Shown piece after piece: positions 63,824-64,000 of a stretch of 64,000 nucleotides of DNA. A program made the position numbers and the translations under genes. The notes beneath the pieces are model-generated. The model had not been told where the DNA came from. It saw only the letters and a list, made by a program, of their open reading frames with translations, and did not search any database. The stretch spans positions 864,001 to 928,000 of the forward strand of contig OZ219754.1 of NCBI GenBank assembly GCA_964291295.2. The letters are read 5' to 3'. This DNA comes from an uncultured Candidatus Binatia bacterium. Its GTDB lineage: Bacteria; Desulfobacterota; Binatia; UBA9968; JAJDTQ01. The stretch's first letter is position 1. Each line of letters starts with the position of its first letter.

Positions 63824-64000
63824 ATGGAGCTGTCGCTTGGCGAGTTGATGGTGGGGGCCGGTCTGATCACCCGCGAGGAGCGGGGCCGGGCCGAGGCGGT
63901 TCAACGGCGCACCGGCGTCAACCTGGTGGCGGCGCTGGTCCGGGACGGCGTCGCGGACGAAGGCCGGCTCATGGCGTTCATCGCCCGGCGGTTCGGTCTG
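63824..64000 (+). CDS. Start of a GspE/PilB-like ATPase with MshEN-type N-domain (partial, runs off window)
   Basis: MELSLGELMVGAGLITREE...L...LVRDG..DE..L..FIARRFGL. Confidence 0.6.
   Translation, partial: MELSLGELMVGAGLITREERGRAEAVQRRTGVNLVAALVRDGVADEGRLMAFIARRFGL

Overview
High-GC bacterial window. The core genes (eno, ftsB, lon, dnaK-dnaJ-grpE, recO, ppdK) look deltaproteobacterial/Desulfobacterota-like, which is an inference from sequence style. The accessory content (FN3 autotransporter, Slam, Rpn) resembles that of marine host-associated symbionts. Layout: (1) 1-8.7 kb: nucleotidyltransferase-like gene, class I GATase, gpmI, an Actinobacteria-like polA with an apparently leaderless promoter, and proW/proV. 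(2) 8.7-12.5 kb: a decayed island at tRNA-Gly(CCC) with an RTX pseudogene, a TbpB-like lipoprotein carrying a C16 tract, and an integrase remnant. (3) 12.5-21.9 kb: ftsB, eno, ccdA, exbBD, a four-gene Na+-pumping biotin decarboxylase operon (including a 38-aa subunit missing from the ORF track), and a Slam/T11SS translocon. (4) 21.9-48.5 kb: an accessory block bracketed by two inverted copies of a ~1.6 kb cassette, each made of two outward-facing IS630 3' ends around an Rpn gene. The block carries an XDH-family Mo subunit, an M23 peptidase, an AAA ATPase, a carbonic anhydrase, a ~2230-aa FN3 autotransporter with a C17 tract, a copper-cluster remnant, a HEPN-like protein and a Fur-family Zn/metal uptake locus. 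(5) 48.5-64 kb: HD hydrolase plus divergent archease, larB, thiL, lon, dnaJ, dnaK, grpE, recO, an alpha2-type GlyRS, ppdK and the start of a PilB/GspE-like gene. Best candidate for an undescribed system: the IS630-end-bounded Rpn cassette, which sits at stop codons between convergent genes and may bound a ~26.6 kb composite transposon. All calls were made by eye from motifs; no database searches were run.
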